NCBI GenBank assembly: GCA_038905815.1
Contig: JBCKHN010000002.1
Coordinates: 10,916-74,915, forward strand
Source: Candidatus Planktophila sp.
GTDB lineage: Bacteria > Actinomycetota > Actinomycetes > Nanopelagicales > Nanopelagicaceae
Direction of reading: 5' to 3'
DNA: 64,000 nt
Part shown: piece after piece, positions 8,728-19,930 of the stretch
Layout of the letters: every line of letters starts with the position of its first letter
Position numbering within the stretch: position 1 is the first letter of the stretch
Notes under the pieces: generated by a model
Seen by the model: only the letters and a program-made list of their open reading frames with translations
Told to the model about the DNA's origin: nothing
Databases searched by the model: none
Translations under genes and position numbers: made by a program

Positions 8728-10115
8728 TCACGCTGACTCTCGGTGAAATTGCGAAGATAGTTGGCGGTGAATTACATGGTGGTTCCAATTCCCTGGTAAC
8801 CCAAGCTCCAGTCTTTGATTCACGAGAAGCGATTACTGGCTCACTTTTTCTTGCGTTGGTGGGCGAGAATTTAGACGGACATGACTTTGCACAACAAGCG
8901 CTCGGTAAAGGAGCAGTTGCTGCGCTGACAACTCGGGTGATAGTTGGCGATTGCATTGTTGTGACTGACGTTCTTAAAGCGCTCTCTGAGTTGGCTTCAC
9001 ACATCAGAAATATTCTCAACGATTTGCAAGTCATTGGCATAACTGGTTCTCAAGGAAAGACGAGCACAAAAGACTTACTATCGGTGATGTTGGGAGCATA
9101 CGGGGAGACTGTGGCATCTGTTGGTTCATTTAATAATGAGCTGGGTTTGCCATTAACACTACTCAAGTGTGATGAAAACACTAAGTACTGCATCCTAGAA
9201 ATGGGTGCACGTCACTTGGGAGATATTGAAAAATTATGCAAGATTGCAAAACCAACAATCGGCGTAGTTTTGAAAATCGGCACGGCCCACATTGGAGAAT
9301 TTGGCTCGCAAGAAATGATCGCTCGAACTAAGAGCGAACTTATTTCAGCGCTTCCCTCGCAAGGAGTTGCAATTCTTGGGAGTTATGATGCGTTTACTCC
9401 TGCAATGAGAAATCTCCACCATGGGAGAGTATTAACTTTTGGAGAACGCTCTAACGATGATGTCCGCGCAACCGATATAGAAATGCGCGATGGCAGACCA
9501 CATTTTGAATTAGTTACCAGCGCTGGACGTAGCGCAGTCGGAATGCGTTTAATAGGCGCGCATCAGGTATCTAATGCGCTGGCCGCCGCCGCCGTTGCTA
9601 GCGCGCTGGGTTTACCGATTGAATTAATCGCGAGTTCGCTTTCTACCGCAGAAAATCGCAGCAAGTGGCGAATGGAGCTACATGATTTGGGAGATTTTCT
9701 CCTGATTAATGATGCCTACAACGCCAATCCAGACTCTATGGCCGCAGCGCTTAAAGCTTTAATTCTTTTTGCGCAAGAACGTGGTGGGCGATCATGGGCA
9801 TTCTTAGGAAAAATGGGCGAGCTCGGCGCGTCAACTGAGGAGGAGCACTTAGCAATTAGCACTCTTGCTCAGGAGTTAGGCATTGATCATCTTGTTTCAA
9901 TTTCTGCGCCGTATGGAAGTTCCAACAGAGTCAGCGGTGGCATGGTGATTCATGACGTTTCAACGATAGAAGACGCGCTATCACTTGCGCAATATTTTGA
10001 AGCCGGAGATGTTGCGCTAGTGAAAGCTTCCAGATCCGAGCACTTAGAAGTCTTGGCAGAAGCTCTTGCGAATAAATGGCGAGAAAATGAAGCGAAAGGT
10101 GGAGTTCTCGAATGA
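8724..10115 (+). CDS. murF: UDP-MurNAc-pentapeptide synthetase MurF
   Basis: [39 protein letters not shown] and KASR motifs. Confidence 0.97.
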   Translation: MITLTLGEIAKIVGGELHGGSNSLVTQAPVFDSREAITGSLFLALVGENLDGHDFAQQALGKGAVAALTTRVIVGDCIVVTDVLKALSELASHIRNILNDLQVIGITGSQGKTSTKDLLSVMLGAYGETVASVGSFNNELGLPLTLLKCDENTKYCILEMGARHLGDIEKLCKIAKPTIGVVLKIGTAHIGEFGSQEMIARTKSELISALPSQGVAILGSYDAFTPAMRNLHHGRVLTFGERSNDDVRATDIEMRDGRPHFELVTSAGRSAVGMRLIGAHQVSNALAAAAVASALGLPIELIASSLSTAENRSKWRMELHDLGDFLLINDAYNANPDSMAAALKALILFAQERGGRSWAFLGKMGELGASTEEEHLAISTLAQELGIDHLVSISAPYGSSNRVSGGMVIHDVSTIEDALSLAQYFEAGDVALVKASRSEHLEVLAEALANKWRENEAKGGVLE

Positions 10116-11182
10116 GAGAGATATTGATTTCTGGAGCTATTGCACTTCTTCTCTCCCTATTCGGAACCCCGGTTCTCATTAAATTATTAGCTAAACGCGG
10201 TTACGGACAAATCATCCGAGATGATGGACCAAGTAGCCATCACGTTAAGCGTGGTACGCCCACAATGGGCGGAATAATCATTATTCTAGCTGCGCTAATT
10301 GGGTATTTCTTAGCGCATGCAATAACTCAAAATTCAGTAACAGCTTCCGCCCTCCTGGTACTTGGACTCATTGTTGCGCTTGGTTGCTTAGGTTTTCTAG
10401 ATGATTGGCTAAAAGTTTCACGACAGAATTCAACTGGTTTGAGTGGAAAACAGAAACTAATTGGGCAAGCGTTATTGGCTGCGATTTTTGGCTACCTTGC
10501 GCTGGGTTTTAGCGATCAAAATGGCCTTTCACCCGTATCCCTTTATTTATCTGGAGTACGTGAGACTTCAATTTATTTGGGACCAGGGCTAGCCGTACTT
10601 TTGATTGTGCTAATGGTCGTCTCTACCAGTAATGGCGTTAATCTCACCGATGGGCTAGATGGGCTGGCAACTGGCGCAGCGGTAGCGTCGTTCCTAGCAT
10701 TTATTTTGATTGGCGTCTGGGAGTTTGGCCAGAGTTGCGCTCTCAACGCGCTTAACTCAATTAGCTCTAGTTGCTATCAAGTCCGCGACCCACTTGATTT
10801 AGCGGTGCTATCTGCAGCTCTCGCCGGTTCATGCACGGGGTTTTTATGGTGGAATGCTTCACCAGCTCGGATTTTTATGGGCGATACCGGATCGCTAGCG
10901 CTCGGTGGCGCTCTTGCTGGTTTAGCCGCCACGCTTCGAGTCGAACTGTTATTAATTCCACTAGGCGGCCTCTTTGTAATCATTACTATGTCAGTGATAA
11001 TACAGAGGGTGTATTTTAAAATTTCAGGTGGAAAACGTGTTTTCAAGATGGCGCCGTTGCAACATCACTTCGAACTTTTAGGCTGGGGAGAAGTCACCAT
11101 AGTTTTGAGATTTTGGATTATTGCTGGCTTGAGCGTTGCTTTAGGGCTAGCTCTCTTCTATGCGCAATGGGTTGTTAAGTAG
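10112..11182 (+). CDS. mraY: Phospho-MurNAc-pentapeptide transferase MraY
   Basis: [35 protein letters not shown] and MAPLQHHFE motifs. Confidence 0.97.
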   Translation: MREILISGAIALLLSLFGTPVLIKLLAKRGYGQIIRDDGPSSHHVKRGTPTMGGIIIILAALIGYFLAHAITQNSVTASALLVLGLIVALGCLGFLDDWLKVSRQNSTGLSGKQKLIGQALLAAIFGYLALGFSDQNGLSPVSLYLSGVRETSIYLGPGLAVLLIVLMVVSTSNGVNLTDGLDGLATGAAVASFLAFILIGVWEFGQSCALNALNSISSSCYQVRDPLDLAVLSAALAGSCTGFLWWNASPARIFMGDTGSLALGGALAGLAATLRVELLLIPLGGLFVIITMSVIIQRVYFKISGGKRVFKMAPLQHHFELLGWGEVTIVLRFWIIAGLSVALGLALFYAQWVVK

Positions 11183-11186
11183 CACA

Positions 11187-12560
11187 ATGTCTACTGATTT
11201 CGCAGATCGCTCTGTACTCATTCTCGGTGCTGGCGTTACTGGCAAATCAGTGGCGAAAGTTCTGGCAAGTAAAGGCGCGCGCATTGCTCTAGTCGATGAG
11301 AATATAGATGCGGTGGTTGGCTTTCCAGTGATTTCTTTAGAAGAAATAGATTTCGCCCAATGGGAGCTCCTGGTTCTCTCACCGGGTTGGAAAGCAAGCC
11401 ATCCGGTACTGGTAAGCGCGCGAAAAGCTGGGCTTGAAATTCTCAATGAAGTAGATATTGCTTGGGGTTTTGTAAAAGATCATGCGCCACATCAGAAATG
11501 GTTAGCCGTAACTGGAACAAATGGAAAGACCACTACCGTCGAAATGGTTGCGAGCATGCTTAGATCAGGTGGGCATAGCGCGATTGCGTGCGGCAATGTG
11601 GGCGATACCGTAATCGAGGCGGTAGTCAGCTCGGAAAAATTTGACTATCTCGTTCTTGAACTCTCGTCGTTTCAGTTACATTGGATGCGGGAGGCTAAGT
11701 TTGAAGCATGTGCAATCCTTAATATTGCTGAGGATCATATTGATTGGCACGGCACTTTTGATAGCTATGCGGAAGCTAAGATTTCTTTATTACAGAGTAG
11801 TCAACTAGCCATCCTCAATGGCGATGATGGTGAAGTCGTAGTTCGCTCGCGCGCATGGCATGGTAGAAAAGTTTTTTACAGACTTAACGCTCCTGCGCCA
11901 GGAGAGTTAGGAGTTGTGGAAGAGCTCTTAGTAGATCGCGCTTTTGTTATGGATCCAGAAGAGGCGCAGATGATCGCAGAATTAATTGATGTGAAACCCA
12001 GCGTTCCTCACAACGTTTCAAACGCACTCGCTGCCGCTGGCTTAGCTGCCGCGGCTGGAGTGAGCCATGCGGCGATTAGGTCGGCACTGCAAGGTTTTAG
12101 AACTGGGCGACATCGGATTGAATTAATTGCACAAGTTGATGGCATCTCATGGATAGATGATTCAAAAGCCACAAATCCTCATGCTGCCAGCGCATCTCTG
12201 GCATCGTACCTCTCCGTTATTTGGATTGCTGGCGGGCTAGCCAAAGGCGCTTCGATGGATGAACTTGTCAAGCTCAGTAAAGGTCGAATCAAGGTTGCGA
12301 TATTAATTGGTCAAGATCGGAAATTGATTTCTGATGCGTTACATAAACATGCCCCATCGATTCCTATTTTTGAAATAGCCGACGGAGCGAGCGATACGTT
12401 GATGGAGCGCGTAGTAGCGATGGCGAAATTGCACGCTATTTCAGGGGATGCGGTATTGCTGGCCCCGGCATGCGCTTCGATGGATCAATTCCTTTCCTAT
12501 GCTGACCGCGGTGATCGATTTGCCGATGCGGTAAGAAAGGTTATCGGAAATGGCAAATAA
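11187..12560 (+). CDS. murD: UDP-MurNAc-L-Ala:D-Glu ligase MurD
   Basis: GAGVTG, VTGTNGKTT, ELSSFQL, DDSKATN and LLAPACASMDQF motifs; start taken at ATG 11187, after the mraY stop. Confidence 0.96.
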   Translation: MSTDFADRSVLILGAGVTGKSVAKVLASKGARIALVDENIDAVVGFPVISLEEIDFAQWELLVLSPGWKASHPVLVSARKAGLEILNEVDIAWGFVKDHAPHQKWLAVTGTNGKTTTVEMVASMLRSGGHSAIACGNVGDTVIEAVVSSEKFDYLVLELSSFQLHWMREAKFEACAILNIAEDHIDWHGTFDSYAEAKISLLQSSQLAILNGDDGEVVVRSRAWHGRKVFYRLNAPAPGELGVVEELLVDRAFVMDPEEAQMIAELIDVKPSVPHNVSNALAAAGLAAAAGVSHAAIRSALQGFRTGRHRIELIAQVDGISWIDDSKATNPHAASASLASYLSVIWIAGGLAKGASMDELVKLSKGRIKVAILIGQDRKLISDALHKHAPSIPIFEIADGASDTLMERVVAMAKLHAISGDAVLLAPACASMDQFLSYADRGDRFADAVRKVIGNGK

Positions 12561-13716
12561 GAGATCTTCGATATTTCTGACTAAGCCAATTAATTTGTAC
12601 TACATGCTCGCTGGAAGCACGGCAGTGCTGAGCGCTTTAGGTCTAGTTATGGTTTTCTCGGCCTCTTCCATTCACTCCTTGGAAAGCAAAGGGAGCTCTT
12701 ATGCAATCGTATTAAGGCAGTTTATAATTCTCTGTTTATCACTTCCACTTGGATGGTTCGCTGCTCGACTTTCGTTGAACCAATGGAAACGTTTAGCCAA
12801 ATATGGTTTTCTACTTTCGATTATTCTGCTCGGTGCCGTCCAAGCTTTTGGCAAGAGCGTCAATGGTAATAAGAACTGGATAGGACTTGGTTTCATCGAT
12901 TTTCAACCGAGTGAAGTAGTGAAGTTTCTTATGATTTTGTGGGCTGGTTATATGTTGGCTAATAAAGAACGCGCGGGTTTTGTCAAGATCAATGTCTTAA
13001 CTCTGATAGCACCAGGCTTTGGAATTTGCATTGCTCTGATTATGGTTGGAGAAGATTTAGGAAATTCAGCGGTGTTCGCTGCGATTTTGGCCGGGTTACT
13101 CTTTATTTCTGGCCTTCCTTTGAGACTCTTTGGGTTAGTTACAGCTTTTGGATTTGCCGGTCTGGCTGCCATGATTCGTACATCTTTTTATCGAGTCGAA
13201 AGAATGTCTGCAATGTTGGATCCTTTTGCAGAGGATCAATATATGAACTACGGTTGGCAACCAGCTCATAGCCTCTTAAGTTTGGCAAGTGGTGGAATTT
13301 TTGGCGTCGGCTTAGGGGCTAGCCGACAGAAATGGGCTCAATTAAGTGAAGCACATACTGATTTCATTTTCGCTGTAATTGGCGAAGAGTTAGGCCTCTT
13401 TGGAACTATTGGCGTGCTCTTCTTATTGACAACGTTGATCTATTCAATTTTCAAGGTTGCCCTTCGTGCCCATGATCCTATGGTTCGGTATGTTTGCGGC
13501 GGAATTGGAGTTTGGATTGCCATTCAAACTGTTCTCAATATCGGGTCTGCCATAAGCGTACTTCCGGTTGTTGGTGTAACACTTCCGCTGCTTTCATACG
13601 GCGGTTCGGCGCTAGTAGCAACATATTTAGGTTTAGGTTTTGTGTTAGGGGCGCTGCGCCGTGATCCGGTAATTTATGAAGAGATGAAGAAATTAAATCA
13701 ACCATGGCTAAAATAG
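12550..13716 (+). CDS. ftsW: SEDS peptidoglycan glycosyltransferase FtsW
   Basis: GLVMVFSAS, FQPSE, EAHTDFIFAVIGEELG and GVTLPLLSYGGS motifs. Confidence 0.96.
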   Translation: MANKRSSIFLTKPINLYYMLAGSTAVLSALGLVMVFSASSIHSLESKGSSYAIVLRQFIILCLSLPLGWFAARLSLNQWKRLAKYGFLLSIILLGAVQAFGKSVNGNKNWIGLGFIDFQPSEVVKFLMILWAGYMLANKERAGFVKINVLTLIAPGFGICIALIMVGEDLGNSAVFAAILAGLLFISGLPLRLFGLVTAFGFAGLAAMIRTSFYRVERMSAMLDPFAEDQYMNYGWQPAHSLLSLASGGIFGVGLGASRQKWAQLSEAHTDFIFAVIGEELGLFGTIGVLFLLTTLIYSIFKVALRAHDPMVRYVCGGIGVWIAIQTVLNIGSAISVLPVVGVTLPLLSYGGSALVATYLGLGFVLGALRRDPVIYEEMKKLNQPWLK

Positions 13717-14786
13717 TTTTCGCCGGCGGCGGAACCGCTGGTCACATTGAGCCAGCGCTGGCCGTTGCACGAGTATGGCGCGAAAAGTATCCAGCGGATC
13801 AAATTCTTTTCTTAGGCACAGATTCTGGCTTGGAAAACCAACTTGTACCAGCTGCAGGATTTCTACTCAAACACATTAGACGCGTTTCAATTGCACGCAA
13901 CATTTCATTCTCCTGGTTTTCTATACCCGCGCAATTGGTCGGATCGTTTGCGCAAGCGCGTTCCGTACTAGTCGGCGCGCAATCACTTATTGGTTTCGGC
14001 GGCTATGTCAGTGCGCCGGCATATTTAGCAGCAAAAACGCTCGGGATACCAATCGTTATTCACGAAGCAAATGCTAAGCCGGGTTGGGCAAATCGTTTAG
14101 GTGCACGCTTGACTCCATATCTTGCAGTTGCCCAAGAAGTGCGAAGCGGAAAATTTTCAAGCGCCTTGCAAGCAGGTTTACCACTGCGCGAGGATGTCCG
14201 TGCAGCGTTAGAAAACGTGGGACAAGATTGGCAAGGCGCCCGTAGGAAAGCCAAATTAGAGTTAGGTTTTAAAGTTGATCAGCCGTTAATTTTGGTTATG
14301 GGTGGATCCCAAGGATCACAAACCATTAATGCTGTTGTTGAAAACTCTTTAGAGGTAATTTTAAGTGGAGGCAATCAAGTATTGCACTCGGTTGGAATAG
14401 CAAATTCATTGCCAACTTCGCGCTCGGGATATCAGCCAATTCATTACATTGAAAATATGGCGCGCGCACTTTTGGCCTCAGATTTAGTTATTGCACGAAG
14501 CGGTGCAGTTACCTGCAGTGAATTTAGAGCGCTAGGACGGTACGCGCTATTTGTGCCGCTGGCAATTGGAAATGGGGAGCAAGAGCTCAATGCGCTTAAC
14601 TTAGTTCGTGCTGGGCGTGCCGAAGTAATTAGTCAGAAAGATTTTACAGAACCCTTCATCACGGAAAATATCGCGCGGATCGTTAAGCGCGCTTTGAGCC
14701 AACCACTTCCAGGTTCCTCCGTTGATCTTGGCGCGGCACAAAAGATTGTTAGCCTCGCGCAATTTGCAATGGTGCATGGGCGCTGA
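13704..14786 (+). CDS. murG: Lipid II GlcNAc transferase MurG
   Basis: GGGTAGHIEP, GFGGYVS, HEANAKPGWANR, GGSQG and GNGEQELNA motifs. Confidence 0.97.
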   Translation: MAKIVFAGGGTAGHIEPALAVARVWREKYPADQILFLGTDSGLENQLVPAAGFLLKHIRRVSIARNISFSWFSIPAQLVGSFAQARSVLVGAQSLIGFGGYVSAPAYLAAKTLGIPIVIHEANAKPGWANRLGARLTPYLAVAQEVRSGKFSSALQAGLPLREDVRAALENVGQDWQGARRKAKLELGFKVDQPLILVMGGSQGSQTINAVVENSLEVILSGGNQVLHSVGIANSLPTSRSGYQPIHYIENMARALLASDLVIARSGAVTCSEFRALGRYALFVPLAIGNGEQELNALNLVRAGRAEVISQKDFTEPFITENIARIVKRALSQPLPGSSVDLGAAQKIVSLAQFAMVHGR

Positions 14787-14789
14787 TAA

Positions 14790-16178
14790 ATGTTGATGAC
14801 ACTTGCCGCGCTTAAGGGGAAGAGAGTCCACTTTATCGGCATTGGCGGCTCTGGTATGAGTGGTTTAGCTCGCATCGCTCTCTCACATGGTTTTCAAGTG
14901 AGTGGTTCAGATGAAAAAGACTCATCTGTAGTCAGCGCGCTGCGCGCCCTTGGTGCAACGTGCCATGGAGAACATAGAGCTGACCATGTTCTTGGCTCGG
15001 ATCTAGTTGTTTTTTCAAGCGCGATATCACCGACGAATCCTGAACTTACGCGAGCTCGAGCATTGAATATTCCAATCTTGACGCGCGCTGGCGCACTTGC
15101 GATTCTTATGTCTGAGTCAAAGGCCATCGCAGTTGCCGGAACTCATGGCAAAACTACGACTTCTTCCATGTTGGCAGTTGCGATCCAATCATGTGGGCGC
15201 GACCCTTCCTTTGCAATTGGCGGAACGGTAACCTCTTCAGGTTCCAATGCTCATCGAGGAACGGGCGAACTTTTCGTTGTTGAAGCAGATGAATCAGATG
15301 GTTCATTTATCGAGTACCACCCTTTTGCTGCCATCATCACAAATATCGAGCATGAGCACGTTGATTACTTCAAAAGCGAAGATTTACTCTTTCAAGCCTT
15401 TGAGAGCTTTGCCAAGACAATTAACCCCGATGGTTTTTTGACCTATTGTTTAGACGATCCCGGAGCAGTGCGTCTGGTAACTTCACTTGATGCAATTCCA
15501 ACGCTTTCATACGGAACTAACGCGCGCTCTGATTTAGTAATCGATCAGATTAACCTACTGCCCATGGGCTCCACTGCGCGGGCGCTCTGGCACGGCAAAA
15601 GTGTTGGTGTGATCGATTTACAAGTTCCCGGTAAACACAATTTACTAAATGCATCCGCCGCCCTTGCAACGGGCATCAACCTTGGCCTCTCACCCACGGA
15701 ATTGCTTACCGGTCTCGGAATTTTCAGAGGAACAGGAAGGCGTTTTGAATTAAAAGGTACCGTGCATGGCATTCGCGTTATCGACGATTATGGACATCAT
15801 CCGACTGAAATTGAAGTTACGCTCGAAGCTGCGCGCCGATACGCTGGCGATGGACGAGTACTGGTTATTTTCCAACCACATCGATATTCACGAACAGCAG
15901 CTTTTTTAAACCAATTTGCGCGCGCACTTGATGTCGCCGATGAAGTCGTATTGCTAGAAATTTATGCAGCAAGTGAAAAACCTATTGCGGGTATATCTTC
16001 AAAATTAATCTGCGCAGCGATGAGCCATGGCAGATACATTCCCAATTTTATAGAAGCAGCGGAATACATAATAAATATTGCGACCCCGGGCGACCTAATC
16101 ATGACTTTAGGTGCCGGAGATGTGAGTTCACTAGCCCCCATAATCGTTGATGGCTTAAGTAAGAAATATTCGAATTAA
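14790..16178 (+). CDS. murC: UDP-MurNAc:L-Ala ligase MurC
   Basis: HFIGIGGSGMSGLA, AGTHGKTTT, EADESDGSF, DDYGHHPTEI and FQPHRYSRT motifs. Confidence 0.97.
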   Translation: MLMTLAALKGKRVHFIGIGGSGMSGLARIALSHGFQVSGSDEKDSSVVSALRALGATCHGEHRADHVLGSDLVVFSSAISPTNPELTRARALNIPILTRAGALAILMSESKAIAVAGTHGKTTTSSMLAVAIQSCGRDPSFAIGGTVTSSGSNAHRGTGELFVVEADESDGSFIEYHPFAAIITNIEHEHVDYFKSEDLLFQAFESFAKTINPDGFLTYCLDDPGAVRLVTSLDAIPTLSYGTNARSDLVIDQINLLPMGSTARALWHGKSVGVIDLQVPGKHNLLNASAALATGINLGLSPTELLTGLGIFRGTGRRFELKGTVHGIRVIDDYGHHPTEIEVTLEAARRYAGDGRVLVIFQPHRYSRTAAFLNQFARALDVADEVVLLEIYAASEKPIAGISSKLICAAMSHGRYIPNFIEAAEYIINIATPGDLIMTLGAGDVSSLAPIIVDGLSKKYSN

Positions 16179-16837
16179 TGCGCAAGCTCCTATTTCTTCT
16201 TTTGACCGCGCTGTTAATTACTGGCTTATCCTATGCGCTTGGTTGGTCCAACCTCTTCAGCGTTTCTGCTATTGACGTGCACGGCGCTCCAACGGAAGAG
16301 AGTTCGCATTTAATCGAACTTGCAACTGGAATAACTAGCGGTCAAAAATTGGCGCGAGTAGAACCGAGGGCGATTGCAGCTCGAATTTCCCGTGCGGATT
16401 GGATTGAATCGGCAGATGTTTCTAGAAATTGGATTTCAGGAAAAATTTCCGTAACGGTAATACCGAGAAAAGCGATTGTGAAAGTTAATTTGCTATTTAT
16501 GGATACTTCGGGGAAAACTTTTGCAGTCAGCGGTCCGCAACCGGAAGGGATACCAGAAGTACTGGCCTCAGATGCTGCCGCGGCTTTTACTGGAGTTCAA
16601 TTATTGATTGGGCTGCCGCGCGGTTTGCGCGAGAAGGTAGAGGTTGTCAGAGTCAATCGCGGCAAAACGTTCGTCTTCAAAGTAAATGAAATGGGCAATA
16701 TGATTGAAATACAATGGGGTGCTGACAGCGAAAACTCTTTAAAAGCTAAGGTTTATCAGGCACTTATTGCGCTACCCGAAAATTCAGAGATAAAACGGAT
16801 GGATCTTTCAGCACCACGCGTTCCAATAGTCAGATAG
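16178..16837 (+). CDS. ftsQ: Cell division protein FtsQ/DivIB (short)
   Basis: N-terminal TM, POTRA-like region (V.G...L.RV...I...WI..A.VSR.W) and a DLSAP..P C-terminus; lies between murC and ftsZ. Confidence 0.85.
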   Translation: MRKLLFLLLTALLITGLSYALGWSNLFSVSAIDVHGAPTEESSHLIELATGITSGQKLARVEPRAIAARISRADWIESADVSRNWISGKISVTVIPRKAIVKVNLLFMDTSGKTFAVSGPQPEGIPEVLASDAAAAFTGVQLLIGLPRGLREKVEVVRVNRGKTFVFKVNEMGNMIEIQWGADSENSLKAKVYQALIALPENSEIKRMDLSAPRVPIVR

Positions 16838-16925
16838 TAATTGAAAAAGAAAATGTAAAATAATCCGAGTCGGTATTTGATTCTGAGTCGATTGCGCCTT
16901 ACTTTCACCTCAGATAGTAAATTGA

Positions 16926-16954
16926 ACTGTAATTCTCAACTTGAGGGTTACAGT
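16926..16954. promoter_or_regulatory. Dyad operator upstream of ftsZ (FtsR-like site candidate)
   Basis: ACTGTAATTCTCAA-C-TTGAGGGTTACAGT, 12 of 14 positions palindromic, just upstream of the ftsZ SD AGGAGG. Confidence 0.55.
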
Positions 16955-16970
16955 GCCTTAGGAGGAAAAT

Positions 16971-18104
16971 GTGGCTTCACCGCAAAATTATTTAGCTGTC
17001 ATCAAAGTTGTTGGTATTGGTGGCGGTGGAGTTAACGCGATTAATCGAATGATCGATGTTGGACTTAAAGGCGTTGAGTTCATTGCGATAAATACCGATG
17101 CGCAGCATCTATTAATGAGTGATGCCGACGTTAAATTGGATATCGGTCGTAAAACAACACGTGGTCTCGGCGCAGGAATGGATCCTGTAAAAGGACGTGA
17201 AGCCGCGCTCGATCATGTAGATGATATTGAAGAAATTCTCCGTGGTGCCGATTTGGTTTTTATTACTGCAGGCGAAGGTGGCGGTACCGGAACTGGTGCT
17301 GCACCAGTAGTTGCAAAAATTGCGCGAGCGATTGGCGCGCTAACAATTGGCGTTGTTACTCGACCATTTTCATTTGAAGCAAAGCTACGTGCTACTCAAG
17401 CAGACGTAGGAATTGAAGAGTTGCGCAAAGAAGTAGACACACTCATTGTGATTCCGAATGATCGCCTCCTGGCAATTTCAGATCGCAGCATTACGTTGGC
17501 TGATGCATTTAAGAGTGCAGATCAAATATTACTTTCAGGCGTACAGGGCATTACAGAGATAATTACTCAACCCGGTTTAATCAACTTGGATTTTGCTGAT
17601 GTGAAAGCAGTTATGGATGGAGCTGGATCAGCGCTCATGGGAATTGGTTCTGCACGTGGTGAAAATCGTGCCATTCGCGCGACAGAACTTGCGATTTCGA
17701 GCCCACTTCTGGAAGCATCAATTGATGGAGCAATGGGAGTTCTGCTCTCTATTTCTGGAGGTTCTGATTTAGGTTTGTTCGAAGTTAACGAAGCATGTGA
17801 ACTTGTGAAGAGCGTGGTACATCCAAATGCGAAATTTATTTTCGGAACCACGATAGATGATGCCTTAGGGGATGAAATACGCATCACTGTTATTGCAGCA
17901 GGCTTTGAAGGGGGAGCGCCAAAGAAAGTTGCAACACCAGTCATTGACGCAACTTCTCTTAATGGCGTGGCAAATCCCATCGCTCCAAATGATCCTTTAG
18001 CTGTTGCGCTTGAAATGGGCGGTGAACCTATCCCTAAACGGCGCGTTACTTTTGAAGAGCTCGTCGCAGAAGACGAGATAGACGTACCAGATTTCATGAA
18101 GTAA
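16971..18104 (+). CDS. ftsZ: Cell division protein FtsZ
   Basis: [18 protein letters not shown] and INLDFADV motifs; C-terminal IDVPDFMK; GTG start with SD AGGAGG. Confidence 0.99.
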   Translation: MASPQNYLAVIKVVGIGGGGVNAINRMIDVGLKGVEFIAINTDAQHLLMSDADVKLDIGRKTTRGLGAGMDPVKGREAALDHVDDIEEILRGADLVFITAGEGGGTGTGAAPVVAKIARAIGALTIGVVTRPFSFEAKLRATQADVGIEELRKEVDTLIVIPNDRLLAISDRSITLADAFKSADQILLSGVQGITEIITQPGLINLDFADVKAVMDGAGSALMGIGSARGENRAIRATELAISSPLLEASIDGAMGVLLSISGGSDLGLFEVNEACELVKSVVHPNAKFIFGTTIDDALGDEIRITVIAAGFEGGAPKKVATPVIDATSLNGVANPIAPNDPLAVALEMGGEPIPKRRVTFEELVAEDEIDVPDFMK

Positions 18105-18110
18105 GAATTC

Positions 18111-18773
18111 TTGCCTACTTTCTTTACCAATCGTTCCGGTGGTGTTAGCACTGGAGTTTACTCATCGCTTAATCTGGGTGAACACGTTGGAGACGATTTA
18201 CATTGCGTTAAAAGTAATCGTGAACTCTTAAGTTATGAGTTCGGCCCGGTGCAGTTTATGAGCCAAGTTCATGGCGATTGCGTCGTTGTCGTTGATGATG
18301 CGTTAGCGCAACCACCAACATGCGATGCCCTCGTTACTACAAATCCTAATCTTTCACTTGCTGTCATGGTAGCTGATTGCATTCCACTTCTGTTGACATC
18401 TGCGCAAGTTGTCGCCGCAGTACATGTCGGAAGACGTGGGTTAGTAAATGAAATCACGCTCAAAACTATTGAAGTTATGAACAATTTAGGTGCAACTTCT
18501 ATTCATGCAACCCTAGGAGCTTCAATTTGTGGTTCATGTTATGAAGTTTCGCTCGAGCTGTGCAGCCAGGTGAGCGCAATTAAGCCTGCGGCACGCTCCA
18601 CTACGCGAGCTGGTGCACCAGCGTTAAATATTTCTGCTGGCCTCATCGCAGATTTAAAGTTTGCTGGATTAACTTACGAAAGTTCGACCATTTGCACTTT
18701 TGAGAGCGTGGACTACTTTTCTTATAGGCGTGGATCAATTACCGGAAGGTTTGCAGGTGTAGTGAAGTTATGA
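18111..18773 (+). CDS. pgeF: PgeF/YfiH (YlmD) peptidoglycan editing factor / purine nucleoside phosphorylase
   Basis: SLNLGEHVGD, QVHG, DALVT, VADCIP, CYEV and FSYRR motifs. Confidence 0.93.
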   Translation: MPTFFTNRSGGVSTGVYSSLNLGEHVGDDLHCVKSNRELLSYEFGPVQFMSQVHGDCVVVVDDALAQPPTCDALVTTNPNLSLAVMVADCIPLLLTSAQVVAAVHVGRRGLVNEITLKTIEVMNNLGATSIHATLGASICGSCYEVSLELCSQVSAIKPAARSTTRAGAPALNISAGLIADLKFAGLTYESSTICTFESVDYFSYRRGSITGRFAGVVKL

Positions 18774-19447
18774 AACATCGCTGGGAGGAGATTGCTCATA
18801 ATTTGGAATTGGTGGAAGCGAGAATTGCGCGAGCTGCCATTGAATCGCAACGAAAGAGAGAAGACATAACTCTGGTCGTAGTAACAAAGACTTTTCCATC
18901 CAGCGATGTTGCGATTTTGAAAGATTTGGGAATTTGCGATTTTGCTGAAAATCGAGCTTCAGAAGGATCCATCAAAGCGTTAGAAGTTAGCGGCCGATGG
19001 CACTTCCAAGGTCAGATTCAAAGCAATAAGTTGAAATCAATTACCCAGTGGGCCAGCGTGATTCATTCGCTCGACTCGCTGGGCCACATTGAAGCTATCA
19101 AGAAAGTGATGGTCCACGATTTAGAAATCTTCATTCAAGTATCTTTGGATTCAGTCCCAGGACGTGGTGGAGCAGAACCAAGAGAGTTGAACTCCTTGGC
19201 TGATTTACTGTTGCAAACCAATGGCTTATCTTTGAAAGGTTTGATGGCCCTTGCTCCGTTGGGAATGGAACCAAGCAGAGCTTATGGCGAGCTAGCTGTG
19301 ATTTATAAGGCTTTTCGTACCGATTACCCGATGGCTCAATTTTTATCTGCTGGGATGAGTGGAGATTTTGAGAGCGCAATTCGCGCTGGAGCGACACATG
19401 TACGCATCGGCAGTTCAATCCTTGGTTCTCGTAACTTAGCGGGGTAA
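18770..19447 (+). CDS. yggS: PLP homeostasis protein YggS (YlmE)
   Basis: VVTKT, ENR, WHFQGQIQSNK and SAGMSGDFE.AI..GATHVRIGS motifs. Confidence 0.95.
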   Translation: MKHRWEEIAHNLELVEARIARAAIESQRKREDITLVVVTKTFPSSDVAILKDLGICDFAENRASEGSIKALEVSGRWHFQGQIQSNKLKSITQWASVIHSLDSLGHIEAIKKVMVHDLEIFIQVSLDSVPGRGGAEPRELNSLADLLLQTNGLSLKGLMALAPLGMEPSRAYGELAVIYKAFRTDYPMAQFLSAGMSGDFESAIRAGATHVRIGSSILGSRNLAG

Positions 19448-19456
19448 AATTTATCC

Positions 19457-19915
19457 ATGGCTAATGCAATGCGACGCGTCGCAAAGTACCTTGGATTAAT
19501 GGACGACCCAGAATTTGATACACCCGTTCTGGCTGCGCCTCCAGATGCTACTAGATCATCAGATGTGAGAATTAGATCTCGCGAGCTACGTCAAGTTACT
19601 CCAGCTCTCGAGCCTCCTCAACTCGAACTTCCGGTTTTGGATCGAATCATCACGCTCCACCCTCGTTTTTACAATGAGGCTCGTGCAGTTGGTGAACACT
19701 TTCGGCAAGGGAGTCCAGTCATTATTAATCTCACTGACATGGATGAAACCGAGCGCAAACGGCTAGTTGATTTCGCAAGTGGTCTAGCTTTCGGTTTGCA
19801 CGGAACAATCGAGCGAGTGACAAGGATGGTTTTTCTTCTCTCTCCAGCAAATGTCCAAATCAACACCGAAGATAAATCAGCTGCAGCGCAAGCAAGTTTC
19901 TTTAATCAGAGCTGA
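19457..19915 (+). CDS. sepF: Cell division protein SepF
   Basis: N-terminal amphipathic helix (RRVAKYLGL) and ITLHPRFYNEAR..GEHFR.G.PVIINL...KRLVDFASGL core. Confidence 0.95.
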   Translation: MANAMRRVAKYLGLMDDPEFDTPVLAAPPDATRSSDVRIRSRELRQVTPALEPPQLELPVLDRIITLHPRFYNEARAVGEHFRQGSPVIINLTDMDETERKRLVDFASGLAFGLHGTIERVTRMVFLLSPANVQINTEDKSAAAQASFFNQS

Positions 19916-19930
19916 TTGGCGGTCTCTAAC

